A DNA stretch of 57,321 nucleotides from Verrucomicrobiales bacterium. Its GTDB lineage: Bacteria; Verrucomicrobiota; Verrucomicrobiia; Limisphaerales; SXTU01. The notes below the pieces were generated by a model. The model saw only the letters and a program-made list of their open reading frames with translations. It was not told the origin of the DNA and did no database searches. Location of the stretch: positions 1 through 57,321 of the forward strand of contig SXTU01000167.1 in assembly GCA_005791875.1 (NCBI GenBank), read 5' to 3'. This document shows, piece after piece, positions 10,440 to 19,714 of this stretch. Made by a program: the position numbers and the translations under genes. Positions within the stretch are counted from its first letter, which is position 1. Every line of letters begins with the position of its first letter.

Positions 10440-11171
10440 CTACTTCAGTTCCTTGATGCGGAGGTTCTTGAACTGAACCGTCATTGGCGGGCCGACGTGA
10501 ATTTGCAGGGCGAGGATGCCTTCCTTGGCGGCCTTCGCGCCGCCCTCATCGGTCACGTCCACAGTCTTCATGCCGTTGATGAAGTGCTGGAGGTGATTAC
10601 CCTTGGCGATGACGACGTAGTCGTTCCAATCCTCGTTTTTGATGCTGGTCTGGATGTCCTCGGACTTGCCGGTGCTACCGGTGACCTCGACCTTGGCCTT
10701 GCCCTCCGCATCCTTGACGGTGGTCTTCTCGCCGCGCTTCGCGAGGATGCCGCGCCCCTGCTCCTCATAGAGAATACCGCTGTAGGTTTTGCCCGCCTCG
10801 AAGTCCGCCTGATAGCCGCCGACCACCGGACCCCAATCGCCATGGCGCAGCACCTTGCTGCGATACTGGATGCCGGAGTTGCCGTTGACGATGCGGTAGC
10901 TGAGGCGCAGCTCAAAATCCTTGGTGTTGAGTTCCTTGTTCACGAGGAACGTGTTGTGCGTGATGGCACCCTTCTTCGGGTCCTTCTCGCTGGGAGGGGT
11001 GATGCCGGTGATCGCGCCGTCCTTCACGGACCAGAGCTTGGGGTTGCCTTCCCAGCCGGTGAGGTCCTTGCCGTTGAAGATGGATTTGAACCCGGCCTCA
11101 TCGGCGGCAAGGGCGGGAAGCAAGAGCAGCGCGCTGGTGGCGAGCGTGACGAGGGCGGAGGCGATTTTCAT
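10440..11171 (-). CDS. DUF1080 (3-keto-disaccharide hydrolase-like) secreted protein
   Basis: Signal peptide, FNGKDLTGW, NSGIQYR, GYQAD, LQIH, FKNLRIKEL. Confidence 0.9.
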   Translation of the reverse strand: MKIASALVTLATSALLLLPALAADEAGFKSIFNGKDLTGWEGNPKLWSVKDGAITGITPPSEKDPKKGAITHNTFLVNKELNTKDFELRLSYRIVNGNSGIQYRSKVLRHGDWGPVVGGYQADFEAGKTYSGILYEEQGRGILAKRGEKTTVKDAEGKAKVEVTGSTGKSEDIQTSIKNEDWNDYVVIAKGNHLQHFINGMKTVDVTDEGGAKAAKEGILALQIHVGPPMTVQFKNLRIKELK

Positions 11172-11427
11172 AGTGTGAACGGTGGTTGCGACAATTCGGT
11201 TGCGCCGCGAATTCAGCGGGCACGGGCGGCGGCTGTCAACGGTGAACCCAGCACACGGCGGGAAACCAAGGGCACCCGCAGCCGACTGCCACAGGCGGTC
11301 GCAAAGCCAAAATCAGTTCTTGCGTCACGCGTGAGCGCGTGGCTAACCTCCCGCTCCTTTTTGATAAGGACCGCGGCGCAGCGTGCCCATAAAGAGGCGC
11401 GACGCAGCGGCGAAAACAAATCGTTTT

Positions 11428-11715
11428 ATGCCAGTCAGAATCCGTTTGAAGCGAGTCGGCGCGCGCAATTCGCCGGCGTTCCGTGTGGTCGTGGCCGATG
11501 GCCGCAGCCCGCGCGACGGCAAGTTCATCGAGGAGATCGGCAGCTACCTGCCCTGCAAGAAGGACGACAACTTCAAGTTGAACCTCGAACGCGCCGATTA
11601 CTGGGTCAGCAAGGGCGCGCAGCCCAGCGACACCGTGGCGAGCTTCATGCGCAAGGCCCGCCGCGCCGCCAACGCCGCCGCGCCCGCGCCCGCACCAGCC
11701 GCCGTCTCCAAGTAA
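11428..11715 (+). CDS. rpsP: 30S ribosomal protein S16
   Basis: VRIRLKRVG, RVVVADGRSPRDGKFIEEIG, GAQPSDTV. Confidence 0.97.
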   Translation: MPVRIRLKRVGARNSPAFRVVVADGRSPRDGKFIEEIGSYLPCKKDDNFKLNLERADYWVSKGAQPSDTVASFMRKARRAANAAAPAPAPAAVSK

Positions 11716-11722
11716 TCTCGCC

Positions 11723-11956
11723 ATGCAGGCCTTCCTCGAATACGTCGTGAAGGGCCTCGTGGACCGGCCCGACGCGGTGACGGTCACGCCCGTCGAACAG
11801 GGCGGACAAACGATGTTCGAGCTGCGCCTGCACCCGACCGACGTGGGCAAGATCATCGGCAAGCAGGGCGCAACCATTCAGGCCATTCGCGCGCTGACAC
11901 AGGTCGGCGCGGCCAAGCGCGGCATCCGCTGCGCCGTGGAGATCATCGAAGACTGA
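11723..11956 (+). CDS. khpA: KH-domain RNA-binding protein KhpA
   Basis: [12 protein letters not shown] loop; follows rpsP. Confidence 0.9.
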   Translation: MQAFLEYVVKGLVDRPDAVTVTPVEQGGQTMFELRLHPTDVGKIIGKQGATIQAIRALTQVGAAKRGIRCAVEIIED

Positions 11957-11999
11957 CCGGCGGAGGCCGGAGCGCGACCGGGACCGCGCCACACCGAGC

Positions 12000-12677
12000 A
12001 TGAAGATTGACGTGCTCACCTTGTTCCCGGGGATGTTCGCGGGTCCGCTGGACGAAAGCATCGTCAAGCGGGCGCGCGACGCAGGCAAGCTGGACCTGCG
12101 CATCCACAATCTGCGGGACTACACGCACGACCGGCACCGCACGGTGGACGACCGTCCATTCGGCGGCGGACCGGGAATGCTGTTGAAGCCCGAGCCGCTC
12201 TTTGAAGCAGTTGAGCAACTGAAGACCGCGACGACGCGGGTGATCCTGCTCGGCCCGGCCGGCCGGAAGTTCACCCAGGCCATCGCACGCGAGCTGGCGG
12301 GTCAGGAGCATCTGCTCCTCATCTCCGGCAGCTACGAGGGTTACGACGAGCGCATCCGCACCGCGCTGGTGCATGATGAGTTGTCCATCGGCGACTACGT
12401 GCTGACCAATGGCGCGCTGCCGGCGATGATCATCGTGGACTGCGTGACGCGCCTGCTGCCCGGCGTGCTGGGCGACGACGAAAGCGCGACGGACGAGTCC
12501 TTCAGCCACGGGCTGCTGGAGTATCCGCACTACACGCGGCCGGCGGAGTTCCGGGGAATGAAAGTTCCCGACGTGCTCCTCTCCGGCAACCACGCGGAGA
12601 TTGAGAAGTGGCGGCGCGAGCAGGCGATGCAGCGCACGCGCGAACGGCGGCCCGATTTGCTCGACGGCCAGAAATGA
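12000..12677 (+). CDS. trmD: tRNA (guanine37-N1)-methyltransferase
   Basis: [36 protein letters not shown]. Confidence 0.97.
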   Translation: MKIDVLTLFPGMFAGPLDESIVKRARDAGKLDLRIHNLRDYTHDRHRTVDDRPFGGGPGMLLKPEPLFEAVEQLKTATTRVILLGPAGRKFTQAIARELAGQEHLLLISGSYEGYDERIRTALVHDELSIGDYVLTNGALPAMIIVDCVTRLLPGVLGDDESATDESFSHGLLEYPHYTRPAEFRGMKVPDVLLSGNHAEIEKWRREQAMQRTRERRPDLLDGQK

Positions 12678-12679
12678 AA

Positions 12680-12742
12680 CTGTAGCGGCGGTCTGTGACC
12701 GCCCTCGGAACGAACCAAAACCGGCGGTGAGACCCCGCCGCC
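12680..12742. repeat. GTAG-type REP doublet, family B, right arm degenerate
   Basis: ctgtagcggcggtctgtgaccgcc ... cggcggtgagaccccgccg. Confidence 0.65.
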
Positions 12743-12758
12743 AAAACCAAAACAATTT

Positions 12759-13148
12759 ATGAACCAGGCACTACTCGACAAGATTCACGGCGAACAGCTC
12801 CGCAAGGAGCCGGCGATCTTCAACGTGGGCGACACCGTCAAGGTCCACACAAAGGTCATCGAAGGCGAAAAGGAGCGCATCCAGATCTTCAGCGGCGTCG
12901 TCATCGGCAGGCGCGGGCGCGGGCTGGAGGAGTCCTTCACCGTCCGGCGCATCAGCTACGGCGAGGGCGTGGAACGCGTCTTCCCGGTGAACTCGCCGCG
13001 CGTGGAAAAGGTCGAGATTGAGCGCCACGGCGCCGTCCGCCGCGCCAAGCTCACCTACCTGCGCAAGCGCATCGGCAAAGGCGCGACCGCTGTGAAGGAG
13101 CGCGACACCCGCAAGGCCCCGGCTGCCGCGACGGCCGCTGCCAAGTAA
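12759..13148 (+). CDS. rplS: 50S ribosomal protein L19
   Basis: [41 protein letters not shown]. Confidence 0.97.
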   Translation: MNQALLDKIHGEQLRKEPAIFNVGDTVKVHTKVIEGEKERIQIFSGVVIGRRGRGLEESFTVRRISYGEGVERVFPVNSPRVEKVEIERHGAVRRAKLTYLRKRIGKGATAVKERDTRKAPAAATAAAK

Positions 13149-13170
13149 GCGGGCGCAACATCATTTCGGC

Positions 13171-13203
13171 GAAGGCGGAACTCAGGTTCCGCCTTTTGCT
13201 TTT
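13171..13203 (+). terminator. Intrinsic terminator after rplS
   Basis: aaggcggaac-tcag-gttccgcctt stem plus T-rich tail. Confidence 0.75.
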
Positions 13204-13204
13204 C

Positions 13205-13279
13205 GTGAGGCGGACACCCTTGTCCGCCATGCAGCCGCGCAGTGAAAAAGCTGACAGGGGACAGGAGTGTCCCCTTTAC
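13205..13279. repeat. 75-bp GTGA-type REP doublet, family C
   Basis: gtgaggcggacacccttgtccgcc ... ggggacaggagtgtcccctttac; homologue at 15603-15677. Confidence 0.75.
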
Positions 13280-13716
13280 ACGCGAGTCGCATCCCGCCGC
13301 CCGTCCGCATACGCGCGGAAGACGGCGGCGATCTCATTTCTCACGCGACGAAAGACAGCGAGCTTCTCCTCCTCCGTGCCGGTGGCGTGAGCCGGGTCTT
13401 CAAACGGCCAGTGGTGGCGGTTCAACTGGCCGGGGAACATCGGGCACGCCTGGTCCGCGTTGCCGCAGACGGTGATGACGGTCTCCACCTTACGGCTGAG
13501 AAAGTCGTTCATGTGCTTCGAGGTGTGTGCGCTGATGTCCACGCCGGCCTCGCGCATGACTTGGATGGCGAGCGGGTGAACGTAGCCGGCAGGCTTCGAG
13601 CCGGCGCTGGCGACTTCGAGCAAGTCCCCGACGAACTGGCGCAGCAGCCCTTCCGCGAGGTGGCTGCGGCAGGAGTTTCCAGTGCAGAGGATGAGAACGA
13701 GGGGTTTTTCGTTCAT
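13276..13716 (-). CDS. arsC: Arsenate reductase, LMW-PTP (thioredoxin-coupled) family
   Basis: CTGNSCRS P-loop, VITVC...ACP, HWPFEDP; ATG 13716. Confidence 0.9.
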   Translation of the reverse strand: MNEKPLVLILCTGNSCRSHLAEGLLRQFVGDLLEVASAGSKPAGYVHPLAIQVMREAGVDISAHTSKHMNDFLSRKVETVITVCGNADQACPMFPGQLNRHHWPFEDPAHATGTEEEKLAVFRRVRNEIAAVFRAYADGRRDATRV

Positions 13717-13733
13717 GGGAGTTTGACCAATCG

Positions 13734-14402
13734 TCAAGTTGCTTTCACCGCGCCACAGCAGCCTTCCACCTGCACGCAGCGGCACGCAGGCACCGCGAGT
13801 TGTGCGCCGATCACCGGGGCCAGCAGGTAAATCCACAAGTGCTCCAGATGCCCGGAGACAACCGCCGGCGCGAGCGAGCGCGCCGGGTTCATCGAGGCTC
13901 CGCAGATCGGCCCCGCGAACAGCGCCTCCAGCGCGATGACTGATCCGATGGCGATGCCTGCCGTCACGCCCTTCTCCTTCGCCCCAGTCGAGACGTTGAG
14001 GATGACAAACATCAGGATGGCCGTGAGCACCACTTCCAGCACGAACGACTGCATCGCCGCACCTGCCGGGACTGTCGCGCCCAGCGTGGCATCCTTCGGA
14101 AAGAGAACGCGCACCAACCCGCTCGCGGCGAACGCGCCGACGCATTGGCTCGCGACGTAAGGCAGCGCCTCGCTCCACGGCATCCGCCCCGCCGCGCAGA
14201 AGCCAAGCGTCACCGCCGGGTTCAAGTGCGCGCCGGAGACTTCGCCCACCGTGTAAATCATCGCCAGCACCACCAGTCCGAACGTCAGCGCGATGCCGAC
14301 GTGCGTGATCGCCCCGTTGCTGGCCTGGTTGATGACGATGGCACCCGTGCCCGCGAACACGAGGGCGAACGTGCCGATGGCTTCCGCAGCGAACTTCTTC
14401 AT
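13734..14402 (-). CDS. MIP-family aquaglyceroporin (AqpS-like)
   Basis: [10 protein letters not shown] and ASMNPARS motifs, hydrophobic helices, adjacent to arsC. Confidence 0.9.
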   Translation of the reverse strand: MKKFAAEAIGTFALVFAGTGAIVINQASNGAITHVGIALTFGLVVLAMIYTVGEVSGAHLNPAVTLGFCAAGRMPWSEALPYVASQCVGAFAASGLVRVLFPKDATLGATVPAGAAMQSFVLEVVLTAILMFVILNVSTGAKEKGVTAGIAIGSVIALEALFAGPICGASMNPARSLAPAVVSGHLEHLWIYLLAPVIGAQLAVPACRCVQVEGCCGAVKAT

Positions 14403-14475
14403 GCGCCACGATGATGGCCGTCGGACGATGAAAACCAAGTGACAATTCCGTGACAGGCCGGAGTGAAATCCGTCC

Positions 14476-15726
14476 TTACCCGATCGCCGTGATCTGGCCG
14501 CAGAGGACGGGGCGTCGCGCACCGGTGGTCGCGGGCAGGTTGCCGGGCAGGCCGTGCCAGCGCCGCCACGCGAGGAGGGCGAAGGCCGCGGCCTCGATGG
14601 ACTGCGTCGGCCAGCCGAGTTCATCGCTGCGCGAGACCTCAACGCGTGGGTTCAGAAAGAGGAGTTCTCGCCGAATCGCGGCACAGAGCGTCGGGTTCGC
14701 CGCGCCGCCGCCGCAGAGGACGGCGCAGTCGGGTGGCGCGGGGAGGTGGAGTTGGTAGTTCAACGCGATCGAGCGGGAAGTCAACAGTGTCAGAGTGGCG
14801 AGCAAGTCGGCGGGGTCGAGTCCAAGCGCTTCCAACTTGGCGAGAACTGGCTTCAAAAACCTCTCGCCGAACAACTCTCGCCCCGTGCTCTTGGGCGGGG
14901 CCTTCTGGAAGTAGGGATGCTTCAGCCAGCTATCCAGCACGTCGTGATGCACTAGCCCCAAGGCGGCAAGCTCTCCATCGCGGTCGCAGCTTTTGCGTGC
15001 GTCCGTGAAGTGCCGCATCGCAAGATCGAGCAGCACGTTCGCGGGGCCGGTGTCGAAGGCGAGCACGCGTGGCGAGTTCCCGCGCCGCCAGTCCAGCGAT
15101 GTCACGTTGCTGATGCCGCCGAGGTTGTTCACGCAAACGTGTGTTCCGCGCCGGGCGAAAACGACTTGGTGAAAGAGTGTGGCGAGTGGCGCACCTTGTC
15201 CTCCCGCCGCGAGGTCGGCGACGCGGAAGTTGCTGATGACCGGGACACACAGGGACTCGGCGAGGTAGGCGGGTTCGCCGAGTTGCAAGGTGGCGGGGCG
15301 CGTGGGATGCGGGTGGTGGAAGATGGTCTGGCCGTGGAGGCCGATGAGTTGGGCGTGGCGGGCGGCGGGATCGCGCTGGGCGGCGGTGGCGTAGAAGCGG
15401 CCGAGGTCGTGGTGAAGCTGGGCGAGTTCCCAGCTCGTGGCCTGACCGCGCACGGCAAGCTGGAGGCGGCGTTGCAGCGGCCTGGGGAAGTTGCAGCTCC
15501 AGAGTTTCAACAGCTTCACGCCATCCGCATCCACATGGCAGAGCGCGCAGTCCACGCCGTCCAGGCTGGTGCCGGACATGATGCTGAGGACGTGGAGCGG
15601 GCGTGGGGCAGACTCTCCTGTCCGCCGTGGCCTGGGTCCGACTTTAGTGGGCTGGGGGACAAGAGTGTCCCCCTCACGGCGGTCCTGCCGAGCAGAGGCT
15701 CGACGCTCCTGACGGTCGTTCTTCAC
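14476..15726 (-). CDS. anmK: Anhydro-N-acetylmuramic acid kinase
   Basis: MSGTSLDGVD, HGQT, GGQGAPL, NLGGISN, FDTGPAN, KSTGRE; start uncertain (GTG 15726 or 15756). Confidence 0.93.
   Translation of the reverse strand: MKNDRQERRASARQDRREGDTLVPQPTKVGPRPRRTGESAPRPLHVLSIMSGTSLDGVDCALCHVDADGVKLLKLWSCNFPRPLQRRLQLAVRGQATSWELAQLHHDLGRFYATAAQRDPAARHAQLIGLHGQTIFHHPHPTRPATLQLGEPAYLAESLCVPVISNFRVADLAAGGQGAPLATLFHQVVFARRGTHVCVNNLGGISNVTSLDWRRGNSPRVLAFDTGPANVLLDLAMRHFTDARKSCDRDGELAALGLVHHDVLDSWLKHPYFQKAPPKSTGRELFGERFLKPVLAKLEALGLDPADLLATLTLLTSRSIALNYQLHLPAPPDCAVLCGGGAANPTLCAAIRRELLFLNPRVEVSRSDELGWPTQSIEAAAFALLAWRRWHGLPGNLPATTGARRPVLCGQITAIG
15603..15677. repeat. 75-bp family C REP doublet inside the anmK 5' coding region
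   Basis: gtggggcagactctcctgtccgcc ... gggggacaagagtgtccccctcac. Confidence 0.75.
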
Positions 15727-15787
15727 TTTGAGACGAGGTTGGTTGATGCTCCGCACACTTTCCCGGGCGAGCGCCCGGCTGGCAATT

Positions 15788-16669
15788 ATGAAGGTTCTCT
15801 TTTTACACGCGCACTTCGACGACTACGAGTTTACGGCCTCCGGGACGTTCGAGCTGTGGCGGCGCAAGCTCGGGGCGGACTTCACGGCGAAGGTCATTGT
15901 CTGCACGGACGGCAAGGCGGGGCATCACTTCCGCACGCGGGAGGAGACGGGCGTGCTGCGGTTGCGCGAGCAGGCGGCGGCGGCGGCGATTGGGGGGTTT
16001 CAGTTCGAGCCGCTGCGCTTGGCGAACGGGCAAATCCCGCGCGAGGCGTGTCTGCGCGTGACGACGGACTTGCTCGCGGCGCTGTGGAAGGCGATCCGCG
16101 ACTTCGAGCCGGATTACCTTTTCTGCCCGCCGGTGGCGACCGACCCGCGCGCGGGCATCCATGTGGACCATGTGGCCGTGGCGACGGCGGTGCGCGAGGT
16201 GGCATACATGATCAACGTGCCGCACGCCTTCACGCCCGAGTATCCGGCGGACGAGACGCAGTCGAGGCAGGTGAAGGTCCCGGTGATCCTGAACACCTAC
16301 GATGGCTACCAGTTCGGTGCGAACGCGCACGACTTCGCGGTGGACGTGGAGGCGGTGTTCGACGCGGTGTGCGACATGACGTGGTGCCACCAGTCGCAAA
16401 TCTCCGAGTGGCTCCCGTGGGTAGGCCGGCACAAGATGGCCGCGCCCAAGGACCGCGAGGAGTGGCAAGCCGTGCTGCGCGCGCGCTTCCTGCGGCAGAA
16501 CCACGAACTCGGCTTCAAGTCGCAGCACGCGTTCGAGATGTTCACCGTGACCGCCTGGGGTGCGGTGCTGACAGCGGAGCAGTTGCTCAACGACTTTCCG
16601 CCCATCACCCCGAAGTATTCGCACGTGAAGAAGCTGCGGCAGCGGCTGGCGCGCTGGGGTGCGAAGTAA
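15788..16669 (+). CDS. PIG-L/LmbE family deacetylase
   Basis: HAHFDD (HPDD variant), TDGKAG, R..E, HVDH, HQSQ. Confidence 0.85.
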   Translation: MKVLFLHAHFDDYEFTASGTFELWRRKLGADFTAKVIVCTDGKAGHHFRTREETGVLRLREQAAAAAIGGFQFEPLRLANGQIPREACLRVTTDLLAALWKAIRDFEPDYLFCPPVATDPRAGIHVDHVAVATAVREVAYMINVPHAFTPEYPADETQSRQVKVPVILNTYDGYQFGANAHDFAVDVEAVFDAVCDMTWCHQSQISEWLPWVGRHKMAAPKDREEWQAVLRARFLRQNHELGFKSQHAFEMFTVTAWGAVLTAEQLLNDFPPITPKYSHVKKLRQRLARWGAK

Positions 16670-16763
16670 TCGCTTCCCGGGCCGGCCGAGCCGCCCGACC
16701 GCGTCAGGGCGCTTCATTTTTAGGTATGCGGGGTGCCGACGATACGGCACACTGCCAAGCTCT

Positions 16764-18221
16764 ATGTCGTTTAACGCACTCAATCTAGACGCCAACATCC
16801 TCCGCGCCATCGCGGACGCCGGCTACACCGAGCCGACGCCCATCCAGACCCAGGCCATTCCGCACATCCTCGCGGGGCATGACATGATTGGCATTGCGCA
16901 GACGGGCACGGGCAAGACCGCGGCGTTCACGCTGCCGCTGCTCACGAAGCTCGCGGCGACCCCCGCCCAGCGGCACGGCACGCGCGTGCTCGTGCTCGCC
17001 CCGACGCGCGAGTTGGTCGTGCAGATTGAAGAGAACATCCGCGCTTACGGTAAATATCTCCCGTTCAAGATGACCACGGTCTTCGGTGGCGTCGGCGAGA
17101 ACGCGCAAATCAGGGCGCTGCAGTCGGGCCTTGAAATCATCGTGGCCACACCGGGCCGGCTCATGGACTTGATGGGGCGGCGTTACTCAGACTTCACCGC
17201 CCTGCAATACCTCGTGCTCGACGAGGCCGACCGGATGCTGGACATGGGTTTTCTCCCCTCCATCCGGCAAATCGTCCGCTCGCTCCCGAAGCAGCGGCAG
17301 ACGCTGCTGTTCTCCGCCACGCTATCGCGGGAAATCGAAGGGCTGACGCACGAGTTCCAGCGCACGCCCAAGCTGGTGCAAATCGGCCGCCGCTCGAATC
17401 CCGCCGAGACGGTGACGCAATGGGCTTACGAAGTGCCGCGCTCGCGGAAGGTCGCGCTGCTGGGGCATCTCCTCAAAGACCCGAACATGAACATGGTGCT
17501 GGTCTTCGTGCGCATGAAGCACTCCGCCGACCGCCTCGCGCGGCAGCTCGAAACCTACGGCATCGTCTGCGCGACGCTGCACTCGAACCGCTCGCAGAAC
17601 CAGCGGCTCAGGGCGTTGCGCGACTTCAAGTCCGGCGTGGTGCGCGTGTTGGTGGCGACGGACATCGCGGCGCGTGGCATCGACGTGGACGGGATTTCGC
17701 ACGTGGTGAACTTCGACTTCCCGATGCACTCGGAGGATTACGTCCACCGCATCGGCCGCACGGGCCGCGCGCAGGCGATTGGCGATGCGATTAGCTTCGT
17801 GACGCCGGAGGACCACGCGGAGTTGCGGTCGCTGGAGCGCTTCATCGGGCGCGGCTTGGTGCGGAAGCAGGCGGAAGGCTTCGACTACACGGACCGGCCG
17901 GAGGTTCGCTCCGCCGGGCCGCAGCAAGGGCAGGGTCAGGGGCGCGGGCAGCAACATCGTTCGCAACAACAGCGACGTCCGCAGCAGCAGCGTTCCCTGC
18001 AGCAGCGCGCGCCGCAGCAACGCGCGCAGCAGTCGGACCACCCGCAGCTTCGCGAAGATAGCTGGCAGAGCGGTTTCATCCCGCGCAAGGGTCCGCGCGG
18101 TGGCGGTGGGCGTCCGCAGGGTGGGAATCGTCCCGGCGGCAACGAGCGGAGTGGCAATCGCCCGGGCGGCAACGAGTCGGGTCCGCGTCCCGGTGGCCGG
18201 CCCTTCGGGCGCGCTTGGTGA
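16764..18221 (+). CDS. DEAD-box RNA helicase (RhlE-like)
   Basis: AQTGTGKT, PTREL, DEAD, SAT, ARGID, HRIGRTGR; Q/G/R-rich tail. Confidence 0.95.
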   Translation: MSFNALNLDANILRAIADAGYTEPTPIQTQAIPHILAGHDMIGIAQTGTGKTAAFTLPLLTKLAATPAQRHGTRVLVLAPTRELVVQIEENIRAYGKYLPFKMTTVFGGVGENAQIRALQSGLEIIVATPGRLMDLMGRRYSDFTALQYLVLDEADRMLDMGFLPSIRQIVRSLPKQRQTLLFSATLSREIEGLTHEFQRTPKLVQIGRRSNPAETVTQWAYEVPRSRKVALLGHLLKDPNMNMVLVFVRMKHSADRLARQLETYGIVCATLHSNRSQNQRLRALRDFKSGVVRVLVATDIAARGIDVDGISHVVNFDFPMHSEDYVHRIGRTGRAQAIGDAISFVTPEDHAELRSLERFIGRGLVRKQAEGFDYTDRPEVRSAGPQQGQGQGRGQQHRSQQQRRPQQQRSLQQRAPQQRAQQSDHPQLREDSWQSGFIPRKGPRGGGGRPQGGNRPGGNERSGNRPGGNESGPRPGGRPFGRAW

Positions 18222-18232
18222 CGCTGAACGAA

Positions 18233-18325
18233 GTAGGACAGCGCGTCCCCGCCTGTCCTTCTGACTTCCAGCCCCGCTCAAGCGGCTGCTTCTGAATGGA
18301 GGTCAGGCAAGATGCGCTGACCTGC
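18233..18325. repeat. GTAG-type REP doublet, family D, degenerate
   Basis: gtaggacagcgcgtccccgcctgtcc ... ggtcaggcaagatgcgctgacctgc. Confidence 0.6.
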
Positions 18326-18472
18326 TTGGTGGCCCCGCAACCCGCGTCCACTCCGCGCCAATTCCCGCGCTGCCTTGCGCCTTGCAATCGCGTCCATCCT
18401 CGGCAGACAGTTTCGCCGTGCGAATTTCATCCGGCGGCAGACCGTCGCGATGAACGCAAACCGAAACACCTT

Positions 18473-19612
18473 ATGGAACTGACACGCACGGCCTACGGCA
18501 CCTGGAGCGGCGGACGCTACATGCACTTCGGCGAGGCCCTCACCGAGGAGCGCTACCTCGCCTGCATCCGCCACGCTTACGCTCAGGGCATCCGCACCTT
18601 CATGACGGCGGACGTTTACAGCAACGGCGAGGCGGACACGATGTTGGGCCGCGCGTTGCAGGGGATTCCCCGCGACAGCTATTGCCTCATCGGCATCATC
18701 GGCCACGACATCTACCCCGGGAAACGCGACGGCGCGAAGGGCTTCCTGCGCTTCACCGACGCGCGGCTGCGCAAGCCCGACCAATTCGCCAGCTACCTCC
18801 GCATGGCCGCCGAGAAGTCGCTCGAACGCATCGGCACCGACCGCTTCGACGCGCTTTATTTGCACAACCCCGACTCAGTCGGCTACAGCAGCGACGCTGC
18901 GTGGAAGGCCTTGGCCGCGCTGAAGGAAGCCAAGCTCACCAGCCGCCTTGGCATCGCGCCCGGGCCGGCGAACGGCTTCTCGCTCGACATCATTCAGTGC
19001 TTCGAGCGCTTCAGCGGGCTCGTGGACGAGGCGATGATTATCCTCGGCCCGATGGAGCCGTGGCCCGGCGGCTATGTCTTGCCGGCCGCGCAAAAGCATG
19101 GCGTGAAACTCATTGCGCGCGTGGTGGATTACGGCGGGTTGTTCCACGACGACGTGAAGCCCGGCCACGAGTTCGGCCACGGCGACCACCGCACGTTCCG
19201 CCCCGCCGGCTGGGTGGAGGCGGGCAACGCCAAGCTCGAACAGATGCGGCGCATCGCGGAGAAATACGGCATCACGCTCCTTCAACTCGCCTGTCTCTGG
19301 ACCCTCAGCCAGACGGCGGTCCACAGCGTCATCCCCACTCACATTCAGGAAGTCGGCGCGAGCAGCAAGGCCATCGAGACCAAGATCGCCGAGCTGGCTG
19401 CGTTGCCCGACCTCAAGCTCACCGCCGACGAGTGCGAGACCATCCGCCGCATCGGCGACAACAAGGGCTGCATGAACCTCAAGGGCGGCCATCCGGAATT
19501 CACCGGCGAGGCACAGCCTGACCAGTGGCCGTTGAATCCCAATCTGGAAGCCGTCGCCAAGCGCTGGGGTGTGGACCCGAAGCGCGACCTGACCTACGCC
19601 CACGCGGCGTGA
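18473..19612 (+). CDS. Aldo/keto reductase
   Basis: YGTW, TADVY, SLERIGTDRFDALYLHNPD. Confidence 0.85.
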   Translation: MELTRTAYGTWSGGRYMHFGEALTEERYLACIRHAYAQGIRTFMTADVYSNGEADTMLGRALQGIPRDSYCLIGIIGHDIYPGKRDGAKGFLRFTDARLRKPDQFASYLRMAAEKSLERIGTDRFDALYLHNPDSVGYSSDAAWKALAALKEAKLTSRLGIAPGPANGFSLDIIQCFERFSGLVDEAMIILGPMEPWPGGYVLPAAQKHGVKLIARVVDYGGLFHDDVKPGHEFGHGDHRTFRPAGWVEAGNAKLEQMRRIAEKYGITLLQLACLWTLSQTAVHSVIPTHIQEVGASSKAIETKIAELAALPDLKLTADECETIRRIGDNKGCMNLKGGHPEFTGEAQPDQWPLNPNLEAVAKRWGVDPKRDLTYAHAA

Positions 19613-19622
19613 GCGCGCCCCA

Positions 19623-19714
19623 GTAGGAGTCGACGTGAGGAGCCTCCGATCGAGTTCCCCGTTCTTAGTTTCGCGCTCCGTGTTCGAAGTGAGACTGCTT
19701 ACGTCGTCTCCTAC
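19623..19714. repeat. GTAG REP doublet, family A
   Basis: gtaggagtcgacgtgaggagcctc ... gagactgcttacgtcgtctcctac; the terminal CTA is the stop of the MBL gene. Confidence 0.8.

Noticed and set aside
16733-16750. Hairpin upstream of the helicase start as a thermosensor
   Set aside because: A 6-bp stem is common in GC-rich DNA and has no further support.
15010-16788. Long overlapping ORFs (for example 592 aa here, 37426-38907, 49112-50509)
   Set aside because: Shadow or antisense frames typical of high-GC DNA, with no motifs.
17920-18215. Q-rich and GNRPGGNE repeats in the helicase tail
   Set aside because: Ordinary disordered DEAD-box C-terminus with codon-length repeats.
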